From the NCBI GenBank assembly GCA_965249205.1, contig CBDFLL010000004.1, positions 776,194 to 840,193 on the forward strand: DNA of 64,000 nucleotides, written 5' to 3'. This DNA comes from Vicinamibacterales bacterium. Its GTDB lineage: Bacteria; Acidobacteriota; Vicinamibacteria; Vicinamibacterales; UBA2999. The first letter of the stretch is position 1; every line of letters starts with the position of its first letter. This document shows, piece after piece, positions 10,004-19,333 of the stretch. Both the position numbers and the translations under genes were made by a program. The notes beneath the pieces are model-generated. The model was not told the origin of the DNA, did no database searches, and saw only the letters and a list, made by a program, of their open reading frames with translations.

Positions 10004-10380
10004 GGCACTGTCAAGTTGACGTCAAGCGGACAGGCTTCGCCCGTCCGATGCGGCGACAACTCATAACCTCCGATTTATACACACGTCGCCTCCCGCCAGA
10101 CCCCGAAGGCACGGGTACGCAACAGGCGATGGTGCACGGCTCGCAGAAGGTGACGACCGACACGAAAGAGATTCAACACGACGCCATGCACCGACAGGAA
10201 TCGTTGCGCGTGCGTGGCCGATTTGAACCGGCGCATCTGGCGCTCGCGGTGCCGGGTCGGCTGGTGAGACACTTCCGCTCGATTGTTTTCGTATTGCCGC
10301 GTGCCGTGCAGCACGGACGGCATGACCGTGCGGTGCGCTGCCGCGTAACTGCGCAGCTTGTCGGTAACCAGACGGAGCGG
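10004..10380 (-). mobile_element. IS6-family remnant (one end plus transposase C-terminus)
   Basis: GGCACTGTCAAGTT terminus at 10004; LVTDKLRSY, ENNRAEVSHQP and MRRFKS motifs; N-terminal part missing. Confidence 0.85.
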
Positions 10381-10641
10381 TCCACGGCCTTGCCGCCGCC
10401 TCCGGGATCCGGTCCTTCTTCAACCGAGGCGCACACCTGATCCGTCGCTCCTCAGCACGAGGGGGGCGCCCGCCGACGTTCATGACCGTGTCCGCGACAT
10501 GGGCTAACCGTTCGCCCTGATTCTACACGTATTCATGACTGTCAAGTATCCAAGGGCGCGTCGCATGTTGACCCAGCACCATCTCGTCGCCTACGCTTCT
10601 CCGTTCGGCGGCGCTACCGTTGAGAAAGGCGAGTCCGGATC

Positions 10642-11127
10642 ATGGAGATGCTTGCGTGGCTCGAAAGCAGCGCACTGGCAAGGTGGGTAGTCGAGTCCGA
10701 GTCGCTGTTGGCTCTGCCGACGGTGCTGACCTTGCACACGATGGGGCTGGCCATTCTTGTCGGGTCGGCATGGGTGCTCGATCTGCGGCTGCTGGGCCTG
10801 TGGCGCCAGATTCCGTTGGCCGCGATGCGTGTGCTGTATCGCCCGATGTGGATCGGACTCGGCATCAACACCGTGACCGGCATCCTGCTCTTCGCGTCGC
10901 AGGCAACCCAGCGGGGCACGTCGCCCACCTTTTTCACCAAGATGTTCTTCGTCGCATGCGGCGTCAGCACCCTCGTACTAATCCAGCGGCACGTCTACGG
11001 TCCGACGGCCGACCCTGAAAAGCCCAGCGGCATGGCTCGGGGCCTCGCGATCGGCTCCATGCTGGCCTGGACGGCGGCGGTGACGGCCGGACGGATGCTG
11101 GGTTACATCTTCATGATCGAATCCTGA
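10642..11127 (+). CDS. DUF6644-like four-TM membrane protein
   Basis: LHTMGL, DLRLLG, TG-LLF, F-TKM, GRML motifs. Confidence 0.78.
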   Translation: MEMLAWLESSALARWVVESESLLALPTVLTLHTMGLAILVGSAWVLDLRLLGLWRQIPLAAMRVLYRPMWIGLGINTVTGILLFASQATQRGTSPTFFTKMFFVACGVSTLVLIQRHVYGPTADPEKPSGMARGLAIGSMLAWTAAVTAGRMLGYIFMIES

Positions 11128-11138
11128 GGGACGGCGCC

Positions 11139-12101
11139 ATGGACAGCTTCGCGAGCTTCCCGATCGACTCGGTCGACCTGCCGCATCTGCATCTGCTGCT
11201 GAACCACGTGCCGACAGTCGGTACGATCGTGGCGATCTTCTTGCTTCTCATGGGGATGGTTCGCCAAGAGGCCGCGCTCAGACATGCGAGCCTGGAAGTG
11301 TTCTTCCTGGTCGCGCTCTTCACTTTGCCGGTGTACGTGACCGGCGGGGCCGCCCAGTTCGCGATCCAAGACCTCCCGGACATCTCGTCCGCACTCATTA
11401 CGGCTCACCATGACGCGGCCCTGCTGGCCTTCATGTGCATGCAGATCACCGGCTTCGTGGCCTGGGTTGGCTTGTGGCAGGCTCGCCGCCTGCCCCGTCC
11501 CGGGGCCTGGCTCTCGCCAGCCGTTCTGCTGCTCTCGACCCTGACCCTCGGGATGATGGCACGCGCCGCGACGATGGGGGGAGAGATCAACCATCCAGAG
11601 ATCCGGGTCGACGAGGTGGCAGCGGTAGGCACGGGGTGGCTGACATCGACCGCCATCAACGCGTGGGTGTTCCAGGAACCCATGGTCTGGCCGGTGGCCG
11701 AGGTTCTGCACTTCCTCGGACTCTGCATGGCCTTCGGCGTTCTGCTTGCGGTGAATCTGCGGCTGCTCGGCGCGATGAAGCGCATTCCGTTCGCGGCGGT
11801 CCACCGTCTCCTGCCGTGGGGGCTTCTCGCGCTCGGCATCAATCTAGCCACCGGGATGCTCTTCTACATCTCGGTGCCAGGCCAGTACGCGGCCAACGGG
11901 CCCTTCTACTGGAAGATCCTGTTCCTGATAGCCGCCGGCGTCAATTTCCTGTATCTGACGGTCATCGACGACACGTGGGCGATCGAGGCCGGCGGGAATG
12001 CCCGATGGATCGACAAGACGATGGCGGTGTCGTCCATCGTGCTATGGCTCGGAATCATCTACTGGGGCCGTATGCTGCCGTTCCTCGGCGGCGCCTTTTG
12101 A
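11139..12101 (+). CDS. Two-domain membrane protein (His-rich DUF2231-like N half plus DUF6644-like C half)
   Basis: N half HLHLLLNHVP, TGG, HHD, GGEINHPE; C half LHFLGL, NLRLLG, FYWKI, GRMLPF. Confidence 0.78.
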   Translation: MDSFASFPIDSVDLPHLHLLLNHVPTVGTIVAIFLLLMGMVRQEAALRHASLEVFFLVALFTLPVYVTGGAAQFAIQDLPDISSALITAHHDAALLAFMCMQITGFVAWVGLWQARRLPRPGAWLSPAVLLLSTLTLGMMARAATMGGEINHPEIRVDEVAAVGTGWLTSTAINAWVFQEPMVWPVAEVLHFLGLCMAFGVLLAVNLRLLGAMKRIPFAAVHRLLPWGLLALGINLATGMLFYISVPGQYAANGPFYWKILFLIAAGVNFLYLTVIDDTWAIEAGGNARWIDKTMAVSSIVLWLGIIYWGRMLPFLGGAF

Positions 12102-12116
12102 TTGTGAGGAAACCAG

Positions 12117-12206
12117 ATGCCCCTACCTGTCCTGGCTGGCTTGGTCGTCATTCTCGTGCTCGGGATCGCCGGTCTGCTCGGCTACCTGATCGATCGAACG
12201 GGATGA
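12117..12206 (+). CDS. 29-aa single-TM small protein
   Basis: GAGGA RBS at 12106-12110; MPLPVLAGLVVILVLGIAGLLGYLIDRTG; begins 15 nt after the preceding stop. Confidence 0.6.
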   Translation: MPLPVLAGLVVILVLGIAGLLGYLIDRTG

Positions 12207-12326
12207 ACGGACCTTGCCGTCATGTGTCGGCGTTGACCGCGCGGGCCGACCGGGCGCACGCACGGGCGTGATGGCAAAGCGGAGCGCCCGAACGTGAAGA
12301 CGTCATCGTCAGACGATCGGAGGTCC

Positions 12327-12426
12327 GTGCCCGACGTGTTTCGAACTCCGGAAGAGCGCTTCTCTGTGCTCCGCGACTACCCGTTCTCCCCGAATTACAT
12401 CGAGTGGCAGGGGCTCCGGAGCACCT
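12327..12426 (+). pseudogene. 5' remnant of a haloalkane dehalogenase gene
   Basis: GGAGG then GTG; VPDVFRTPEERFSVLRDYPFSPNYIEWQGLR matches the DhlA-type N-terminus; homology ends at the 3' end of the aldehyde dehydrogenase. Confidence 0.78.
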
Positions 12427-13854
12427 TCAAGCGGCCGGGCCGTAAACAGACTTGACCTCAAGGAACTCCTCGATGCCGTACGCGCCCCACTCGCGGCCGT
12501 TGCCCGACTGCTTATAACCGCCGAAAGGCGCAGCGCCTGCGAGCGGCGCGCCGTTTATGTGCACCATGCCGGCGCGTATGCGCGAAGCCACGCGCTTGGC
12601 GCGCACCGCGTCTCCCGAGGACACGTAGCTCGATAGTCCGTATGGCGTGTCGTTGGCGATGGCAATCGCCTGCTCCTCACTCTCGTAGGGAAGGATGCAG
12701 AGCACCGGGCCAAAGATCTCTTCCCGCGCGATGGTCATGTCGGGGCTCACGCCAGAGAACACCGTCGGCTTCACGAAATAACCCGTCTCGAGACCGTCGG
12801 GTCTGCCGGGGCCGCCGCACAAGAGCTTGGCGCCTTCGTCGACACCCTTCTGGATGAGACCCTGAATCTTGTTCCACTGCCCTTGGCTGACGACGGGACC
12901 CATGAAACTGTCTTCCGCTCGTGGATCTCCAACCGCGAGCTTCTCCGTTGCTGCCTTCGCGATCTCCTCGGCCTCCCCGAGCAGCTCCTTCGGCACGAGC
13001 ATCCGGGTCGGCGCATTGCAGGACTGGCCACTGTTGTGCATGCACATGAGAGTGCCGCCCTTTACGGCGCGGCGAAGGTCCGCGTCGTCCAGGATGATGT
13101 TGGGAGACTTGCCGCCCAGCTCCTGAGCGACGCGCTTCACGGTATCCGCCGCCGCCTTGGCGACGGCGACGCCGGCGCGCGTCGAACCCGTGAACGACAC
13201 CATGTCGATGCCGGGATGCGCGGACATCGGCGCACCCACTCCCGGGCCGTCACCGTTGATCATGTTGTACACGCCGGCCGGAACGCCGGCGGCATGGAGC
13301 ACCTCGCTGAAGACATAGGCACTCAGCGGAGCGACCTCGCTGGGCTTCAGCACCATGGTGCAGCCGGCCGCCAGAGCCGGCGCAACTTTGCAGGTGATCT
13401 GATTCATGGGCCAGTTCCAGGGGGTGATCAGGCCGCAGACGCCGATGGGTTCCTTCACGATCTGCGCCCCATCGACCTCCTGTTCGAAGTCCATCTCCGT
13501 CAACGCCGCAATCGCTCCACGAAGATGCTGAACGCCCGTGCCTACCTGGGCGCCGCCGGCAAGAGACATGGGCGCACCCATCTCGTCGGAAATCGCCGCC
13601 GCCACATCCTTCTTGCGTTTCCCGTATTCGGACAGGATGTTCTGCAGCAGCTCCAGTCGATCCTCCCGGCTCGTGAGCGAGTAGGTCTCGAATGCCTGAC
13701 GCGCCGCGGAGACAGCCTGATCGAGGTCGGCCGCGCTCCCCAAAGAGATCTGGCCTATCGCCTGCTCGGTTGCAGGGTTGATCACGTCGAAATCGTTGCT
13801 CGTGACGGGGTCGACCCACACGCCGTTGATATAGAAGTTCTTGAAATCGTACAT
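12427..13854 (-). CDS. Aldehyde dehydrogenase
   Basis: [37 protein letters not shown]. Confidence 0.95.
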   Translation of the reverse strand: MYDFKNFYINGVWVDPVTSNDFDVINPATEQAIGQISLGSAADLDQAVSAARQAFETYSLTSREDRLELLQNILSEYGKRKKDVAAAISDEMGAPMSLAGGAQVGTGVQHLRGAIAALTEMDFEQEVDGAQIVKEPIGVCGLITPWNWPMNQITCKVAPALAAGCTMVLKPSEVAPLSAYVFSEVLHAAGVPAGVYNMINGDGPGVGAPMSAHPGIDMVSFTGSTRAGVAVAKAAADTVKRVAQELGGKSPNIILDDADLRRAVKGGTLMCMHNSGQSCNAPTRMLVPKELLGEAEEIAKAATEKLAVGDPRAEDSFMGPVVSQGQWNKIQGLIQKGVDEGAKLLCGGPGRPDGLETGYFVKPTVFSGVSPDMTIAREEIFGPVLCILPYESEEQAIAIANDTPYGLSSYVSSGDAVRAKRVASRIRAGMVHINGAPLAGAAPFGGYKQSGNGREWGAYGIEEFLEVKSVYGPAA

Positions 13855-13887
13855 GCGGAAACTCCAACCGTTCTCAAAGGCCTGCCT

Positions 13888-15300
13888 TCAGACTCCCTCC
13901 GCCTTCGCATCCACCATATCGGTGTTGGAGGTCTCCTGCAGCAATATGACGGAAACCAGCGAGATGGTCGCAGAGAGGGCTATGTATATGGATATGCCGA
14001 TGGTGCTATTGAACCGAGCCAGCAGAGCGGTGGCAATGACCGGTGCCAGCGCGCCACCCACAATGGCGCCGATCTGATAACTCATGGACATCCCTGAATA
14101 GCGCATTTTGGTGGTAAAGAGTTCTGAATAGAACGCCGCCTGGGGGCCATATTGCATAGCAACGCTACCCATGCCTACGGTGACAGCGACAGTAATCCAG
14201 AGAAAAGAACCCGTATCGATAAGAGGAAACAGAAGAAAGCCCCAGATGCCGGCCAGGACGGTCCCTGCGATCGAAACACCGCGCCGCCCTCTCTTGTCCG
14301 AATAGGCTCCCGAAAGAAGTAACCACGGAATCATCACCACATTCGCGATGAGCACGGCAGCCAGCATCATGCTGCGATCCAGCCCGAGACTCGCCTCGTT
14401 GGTGCCGTACACAATGCTGAAGGCGATCAATATGTAGAAAAACACCTGAATATTGATCATGGCTCCGGCAGCCAGTGCAATGGTCTTGGTGTAGGTCTTG
14501 AGCGCTTCAAGCACCGGAGACGGTGTGCGCTCCTCAATGAGTTCCTGCTCGGCCTCGGCAAGGCTTTCGCCACGTTCCTGCGCTCGTTGTCGCGCTGCTG
14601 CCTGATCCTGCCTTTTCTTGAGGGCCTTAAGTTCCTCAAATGCGGTGCTGTCCTGCAGGCGCAGTTCGATGTACATGGCCAGGAAGATCAGCCCAATGCT
14701 CAGCAGGAAGGGTACGCGCCAGCCCCAGGCCATGAAGGCTTCTTCAGACACGCTGGCGGTCACCACCAGAAAGATTAGATTGGCCAGGATTACGCCACCC
14801 GGCGCACCAACCTGGGCAAAGCTACCGTAGAAGCCGCGCTTTTCCTTCGGGGCCGTCTCGGTGATGAGCAAAACCGCCCCGCCCCACTGTCCACCAATGG
14901 CCAGTCCCTGCGCAAAACGCAAAACAACCAGCATGAGCGGGGCGAACCATCTGACGGTCTGGTACGTCGGCAGGCAACCAATGAGCGTAGTGGCAACCCC
15001 CATCGTCATCAGTGCCAGGACGAGTGCTCGCTTGCGCCCGACGCGGTCGCCCCAGTGACCAAACACAACGCCCCCAATCGGGCGGGCAATGAAACCTACG
15101 GCAAAAGTACTGAAGGCCAACATGACCCCAACCAAGGGGGGCACATCAGAAGCAAAGAAGAGGGCGGGGAACACCAGTGCGGCTGCCGTGGCGTAGATAA
15201 AAAAGTCATACCATTCGATCGTCGTGCCTGAAAGTGCAGTCAAAGCGATCTTAAGAATCTTCTTCTCCTCAAGCTGAGAGACTGGCTGGGTCACTGTCAT
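13888..15300 (-). CDS. MFS transporter, MHS (ShiA/ProP-like) family
   Basis: IEWYDF, RPIGGVVFGH-GDRVGRK, WGWRVPFL; about 12 TM segments. Confidence 0.93.
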   Translation of the reverse strand: MTVTQPVSQLEEKKILKIALTALSGTTIEWYDFFIYATAAALVFPALFFASDVPPLVGVMLAFSTFAVGFIARPIGGVVFGHWGDRVGRKRALVLALMTMGVATTLIGCLPTYQTVRWFAPLMLVVLRFAQGLAIGGQWGGAVLLITETAPKEKRGFYGSFAQVGAPGGVILANLIFLVVTASVSEEAFMAWGWRVPFLLSIGLIFLAMYIELRLQDSTAFEELKALKKRQDQAAARQRAQERGESLAEAEQELIEERTPSPVLEALKTYTKTIALAAGAMINIQVFFYILIAFSIVYGTNEASLGLDRSMMLAAVLIANVVMIPWLLLSGAYSDKRGRRGVSIAGTVLAGIWGFLLFPLIDTGSFLWITVAVTVGMGSVAMQYGPQAAFYSELFTTKMRYSGMSMSYQIGAIVGGALAPVIATALLARFNSTIGISIYIALSATISLVSVILLQETSNTDMVDAKAEGV

Positions 15301-15823
15301 GGTTCCTCTGTGTCACGACTAAGAGAATGGCTGTCGATCGTCGGATCTTTCGCGACTTCGACCCTCGAGCAATTGCGTTCAGAGCCCGGCAACGCCACGA
15401 GCGGCGCAAGTTCGGGCCTCCTCCTCGCGTGTACGTGATAGGCCGCGATAGGCGGGCCAAGTATACGGGACCGTAGGGCGGGCCGCACCCGTGTCCTGCA
15501 GGCGATGCGGCCGGGGGGAGTCCACCGGCGGTCACTCAGAGCGCCAGGCCCTGCGGTGCGTAGTGAACGAATGCGAACCGATGTTCTGGGCGCCCACAGA
15601 GTGAACGTTGCCCAGGCCCGCGCCTGCTCAGCGAACACGACTAGTCCGCTGCCATGCCGGAACCGCCTGTATTTTCGACGCCGATTTTTTCAGTTAGAAT
15701 TCCCCGCAGTTCGATTGCCAGCTCTGGATGCGCGGCGTTTCGGTCACTGCGCAAGCCGCCGTCGGATCTCAGGGGGAGCCACCTCGCAAGTCTAAGGCCA
15801 GTTGGATGTTAGAGAGGAATCTC

Positions 15824-16672
15824 ATGCGTGTGAAACTGACAGCGGCCGCCTCCGCTCTGCTGTTCTCCGTCCTGGCGGTCCAGGCACCAGTTGGCGCTCA
15901 GGGCCAGGCCGTCCCCGTCGAGTTGGATGCGGTAGCCGACGCCCTGGGCATGCTTCGTGGAATGGGCCGCGATGACGTCATTCTGACTGTCGAGTTTTCC
16001 GGCGCCGGGACCATGAGCGTTGTAGGCGAGGGGGCCGAACCCGGTGGGCCTTGGCCTCAGCATAAGGTCACTCGATACGATGTCAGCATCGCGTACGACA
16101 TGGCTGGGATGCGCGTGAACCTTGAACGTGTGGGCCCAGATGGTGCCTCTCAGGAGGAGATCCTCGCTGTGTCGGGCCGGCATGCGTGGAACGAATCCGA
16201 GCCCGGCGCCGGACTGGTGGCTGGCGAGGGTACTGCTACGCCGGCGATGGACGCCTGGGTCGACCGGAGCTTGGCCTTCTGGATGCTCCCGCAGGGATTC
16301 GTCAAAGCGGCCACGATGGCGGACAGCGGGACGGAGGTGGTGCAGGACGGCGGAATGACCATGATGACGACCGTCGTTCCGGAGATGCCGGGGACCACGA
16401 TGACCGCGCACGTGAACGCAGACAACTTCATCGATCGCGTGGAAACGACCGTCGAGTACCCCGGGATTGGGGAGGTCGATGTCGAGGCCAGCTACTCGAA
16501 CTACTACGACCTTGGAGGGGAGGAGAATCCAAGCGACGTGCTGTACCCTGGGCGTATCGTACGGACAGTTGACGGACATGCGGTGCTCGACCTGACGGTC
16601 ACCGGCGGCAATTCGTATAACCCGTACGTCATCGTCCCGGTTCCAGACAGTGTCGAGGGAGCGACGGAATAG
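15824..16672 (+). CDS. Exported hypothetical protein, module gene A, copy 2
   Basis: GAGG RBS, signal peptide, paralogue of 9050..9934. Confidence 0.85.
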   Translation: MRVKLTAAASALLFSVLAVQAPVGAQGQAVPVELDAVADALGMLRGMGRDDVILTVEFSGAGTMSVVGEGAEPGGPWPQHKVTRYDVSIAYDMAGMRVNLERVGPDGASQEEILAVSGRHAWNESEPGAGLVAGEGTATPAMDAWVDRSLAFWMLPQGFVKAATMADSGTEVVQDGGMTMMTTVVPEMPGTTMTAHVNADNFIDRVETTVEYPGIGEVDVEASYSNYYDLGGEENPSDVLYPGRIVRTVDGHAVLDLTVTGGNSYNPYVIVPVPDSVEGATE

Positions 16673-16693
16673 ACGGAATAGACGGAATAGACG
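16663..16693 (+). repeat. 9-bp tandem repeat (GACGGAATA)x3 across a stop codon
   Basis: Three exact units plus a partial fourth. Confidence 0.9.
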
Positions 16694-16734
16694 CTGGAGC
16701 TATTAGGGGTCGGAATCGTCAACAGGAGAAGACT

Positions 16735-17265
16735 ATGAGCTGCCGATTTTTCGGAATGCTAACGGTTGTTGGGCTGCTGATGTCCATCGCGCCGGCGGGC
16801 GCGCACCACGCCGCACAGGCGCAATTCGACATGACCAAGTCGGTAGCGCTCGAAGGGACGTGCCTGAGGTTTGCCTGGATCAACCCCCACGCCTACATGG
16901 ACCTGGAGGTCGAGTCGAATGGGGAGACGTCAACCTGGCGACTCGAGACGATCGCCGCTGCCGCGCTCAGGCGCGCCGGCCTGGCGCGTGGCAGCGGCGC
17001 CATCAAGTGCAGCCCGATTGGCGGTGGCGATACCTATAAGGTGCGTGGCATCCCCGCGCGCGATGGGTCTGACCTCGCGCTCGTGGTCGATCTGGAGCTG
17101 CCGGATGGAAGGGTGATCAACCTGTTCAGCGCCAGGGAGTACCGAGTTCCGGAGGGGTTTGAGATCGCAAGGTTAGGACAGCAGGACAAGGAGGGAGCTG
17201 GGACTCGTCTGGTGCTGGACGTCGGCAATCCGGTGGGTGAGCGTCCAATGATAAAGGGAGCCTAA
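16735..17265 (+). CDS. DUF6152-like exported protein, module gene B, copy 2
   Basis: AGGAG RBS; signal ending AGA then HHAAQAQFD; WINPH. Confidence 0.85.
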   Translation: MSCRFFGMLTVVGLLMSIAPAGAHHAAQAQFDMTKSVALEGTCLRFAWINPHAYMDLEVESNGETSTWRLETIAAAALRRAGLARGSGAIKCSPIGGGDTYKVRGIPARDGSDLALVVDLELPDGRVINLFSAREYRVPEGFEIARLGQQDKEGAGTRLVLDVGNPVGERPMIKGA

Positions 17266-17268
17266 GAC

Positions 17269-18051
17269 ATGAGACGTGGTCTGTTTGGTGCGACGTTGTT
17301 GGTATCAGCTCTGGCGGTCGGCTGTGCCAGCGAGCCAGAAGTACCGGACTTTTCCGGCATCTGGGGTGGAGGCGGTTTCGGTCTCGGCCTCACCGAAGAT
17401 GAGTCAGGAAACCTGGCCCTGGGCATCGAGAGGCTTTTCCGTGAGGGGTCTCTCGTGAACTTCGAACGCGACAGCAGCTTGAGCCAGCGGTCCAACCCCA
17501 ACCGGCCCATGTACAAGCCTGAGTACTGGCCGCTCGTGCAGTACTACGACCTGAACGGCAACCTGGAAGATCCGGAGTTCAAGTGTTTCCCGGCGGGCGT
17601 GCCGCGCATGGGACCACCCACGCAGATCGTCCAGACGCCCGACATGATGATCTTCCTGTACGAGACGCGCAACGAGCGCCGCATCATCTACATGGACGGG
17701 CGTCCGCATCCACCCGAAGAGGAGTGGGGAGGGCGCTGGTACGGCCACTCCATTGGCCGGTGGGAGGGCGACACCCTGGTGATCGACACCGTGGACTTCA
17801 CCGACGAGAGCTGGCTTGGCTGGCCAGGTTGGGCCCACAGCTACAATATGCACGTCGAGGAGCGCATGCAGCGCGAGGGCGATACGATGCACTGGCAGGC
17901 GACGGTGACCGACCCCGACGCCCTACTCAGGCCCTGGGTCATGGACGAAGAGACCAGGCAACTGAACGCCGACCCGATGGCCGAGATCGTTGAGGACCTG
18001 CCATGCTTGGAGCAAGATGCTGAGCACATCGTCACGAAGGAGCGCGGGTAG
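17269..18051 (+). CDS. Lipoprotein of the 'PDLSGIW' family, module gene C, copy 2
   Basis: Lipobox AVGC, PDFSGIW, DPEFKC, DGRPH, GRWEGDTLVIDTVDF, CLE. Confidence 0.87.
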   Translation: MRRGLFGATLLVSALAVGCASEPEVPDFSGIWGGGGFGLGLTEDESGNLALGIERLFREGSLVNFERDSSLSQRSNPNRPMYKPEYWPLVQYYDLNGNLEDPEFKCFPAGVPRMGPPTQIVQTPDMMIFLYETRNERRIIYMDGRPHPPEEEWGGRWYGHSIGRWEGDTLVIDTVDFTDESWLGWPGWAHSYNMHVEERMQREGDTMHWQATVTDPDALLRPWVMDEETRQLNADPMAEIVEDLPCLEQDAEHIVTKERG

Positions 18052-18054
18052 CTG

Positions 18055-19272
18055 TCAGCTCGGATTAGCCCGCGCCTTTCGTCGGGCCACCTGGGCCCGG
18101 GGGACCAAGGTGAGTCCCGCGTGTAGCCGTATCATGTCGTCAGGGTGTTTCTTCAACTTTTCACGAAGTTGCCATAGCAGATCGCCAGCGGCGGTTTCGT
18201 CCCAGAACCAATTGTTGATCTCCTGCGCACTGCCCACCCCGGGTTGGGCGATTGCCGCTTCGATATAGAACGCTTTCAAGTCTTCTACAGAGAGCTTGAA
18301 GGTTTCGGCCAGTGTTCTTTCGGCGATGGGTGACTCATCCGGTGTTGGGTCCTCCAGGAATTTGCCTAGCCAGGTGCAAAGGTCCTCCACCGCTAGTCCA
18401 CTCACGTCGGCGGCGCTGCGCCTTCGAAGGTCTCGACCACGGTCGAACCAGGGCATGAGCAGCCCGGTTTCTTCGAGTAAACGATCGGCGATTGCCTTCC
18501 CCCTGCTCGGCGCAGGAAATGACACTGGGCAGGCCCACACGGCGCCATGGGTGTCCCCGGTTACGGAAGGCATATCCACTTCTAACGTTTTCAAGATCGG
18601 TCCGGGACCATCTTCATCGAGCAACGCGAGCGCCGCGATGAGGACATCGCGTTGTAGAGCCACATTATTCGGTGCCCCAAATGGGCGCCCCAGGTCGAAT
18701 GGCACCACCAACGCGCGGGGTGGTCGAATGGTCTTCACGTGTTGTGGAACCAGTCCGATTGCGACCGTGGCAATCCCTGCAGCTTCCAGAATGTGACCCA
18801 GACCGCTCACGGCGATCGTGCACAAGGGTCACACAGGCACCAGCAATGCGATGTTGGTGCCTTCTCCGACCATGGCGCGGGCGAGCTGCTGTGCTGCCGG
18901 GCGTATCTGTTCCAGGCTTGTCGCGCCCATGAAAGAGAAGTGGTACCGCGCCACCGCTTCGATCTCTTTGTCCCCGGCCGCTTCTAACAGGCGTTGTAAC
19001 GGAAATACGACTTCGTTGTCTTGGAGGAAACCCGAGCGATCAAAATTCGTCGAGATATGGGTCATCAGCAGATCCCGAGAATCACGACGATCGATGATTC
19101 GGTAGTCTGCCGATCCGAAGCCGAATGGACGGTCTCCTCGTTGAATGAGGCCCGCGGTCGACACGATAGCCACTCGGCGTGAGTTTCTTGCTGGAGGTTC
19201 GACCCAGGGTGGGTCCCCGAAATCCGGGCACTGCCGCTCAGCGAGTTCTATCGGTACATCTTCTTCCCGCAT
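18055..19272 (-). CDS. Selenoprotein of the GrdB/PrdB-like (glycine/proline reductase selenoprotein B) family, read through an in-frame UGA
   Basis: Track ORFs 18829..19362 and 18055..18825 are in the same frame, joined as VPV-TGA-PLC; AIVSTAG and PPRAL-VPF-LGRP motifs; hairpin GTGAGCGGTCTGGGTCAC downstream of the TGA. Confidence 0.82.
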
Positions 19273-19333
19273 GGTCACCCTCTCCACACAGATTGAGAGT
19301 AATTTCAGTCCGAAGGAGGGCAATCCACCACTA

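Noticed and set aside
15301-15820. Possible ncRNA or small gene in the divergent intergenic region
   Set aside because: Only weak GC-rich hairpins and no recognisable family motif.
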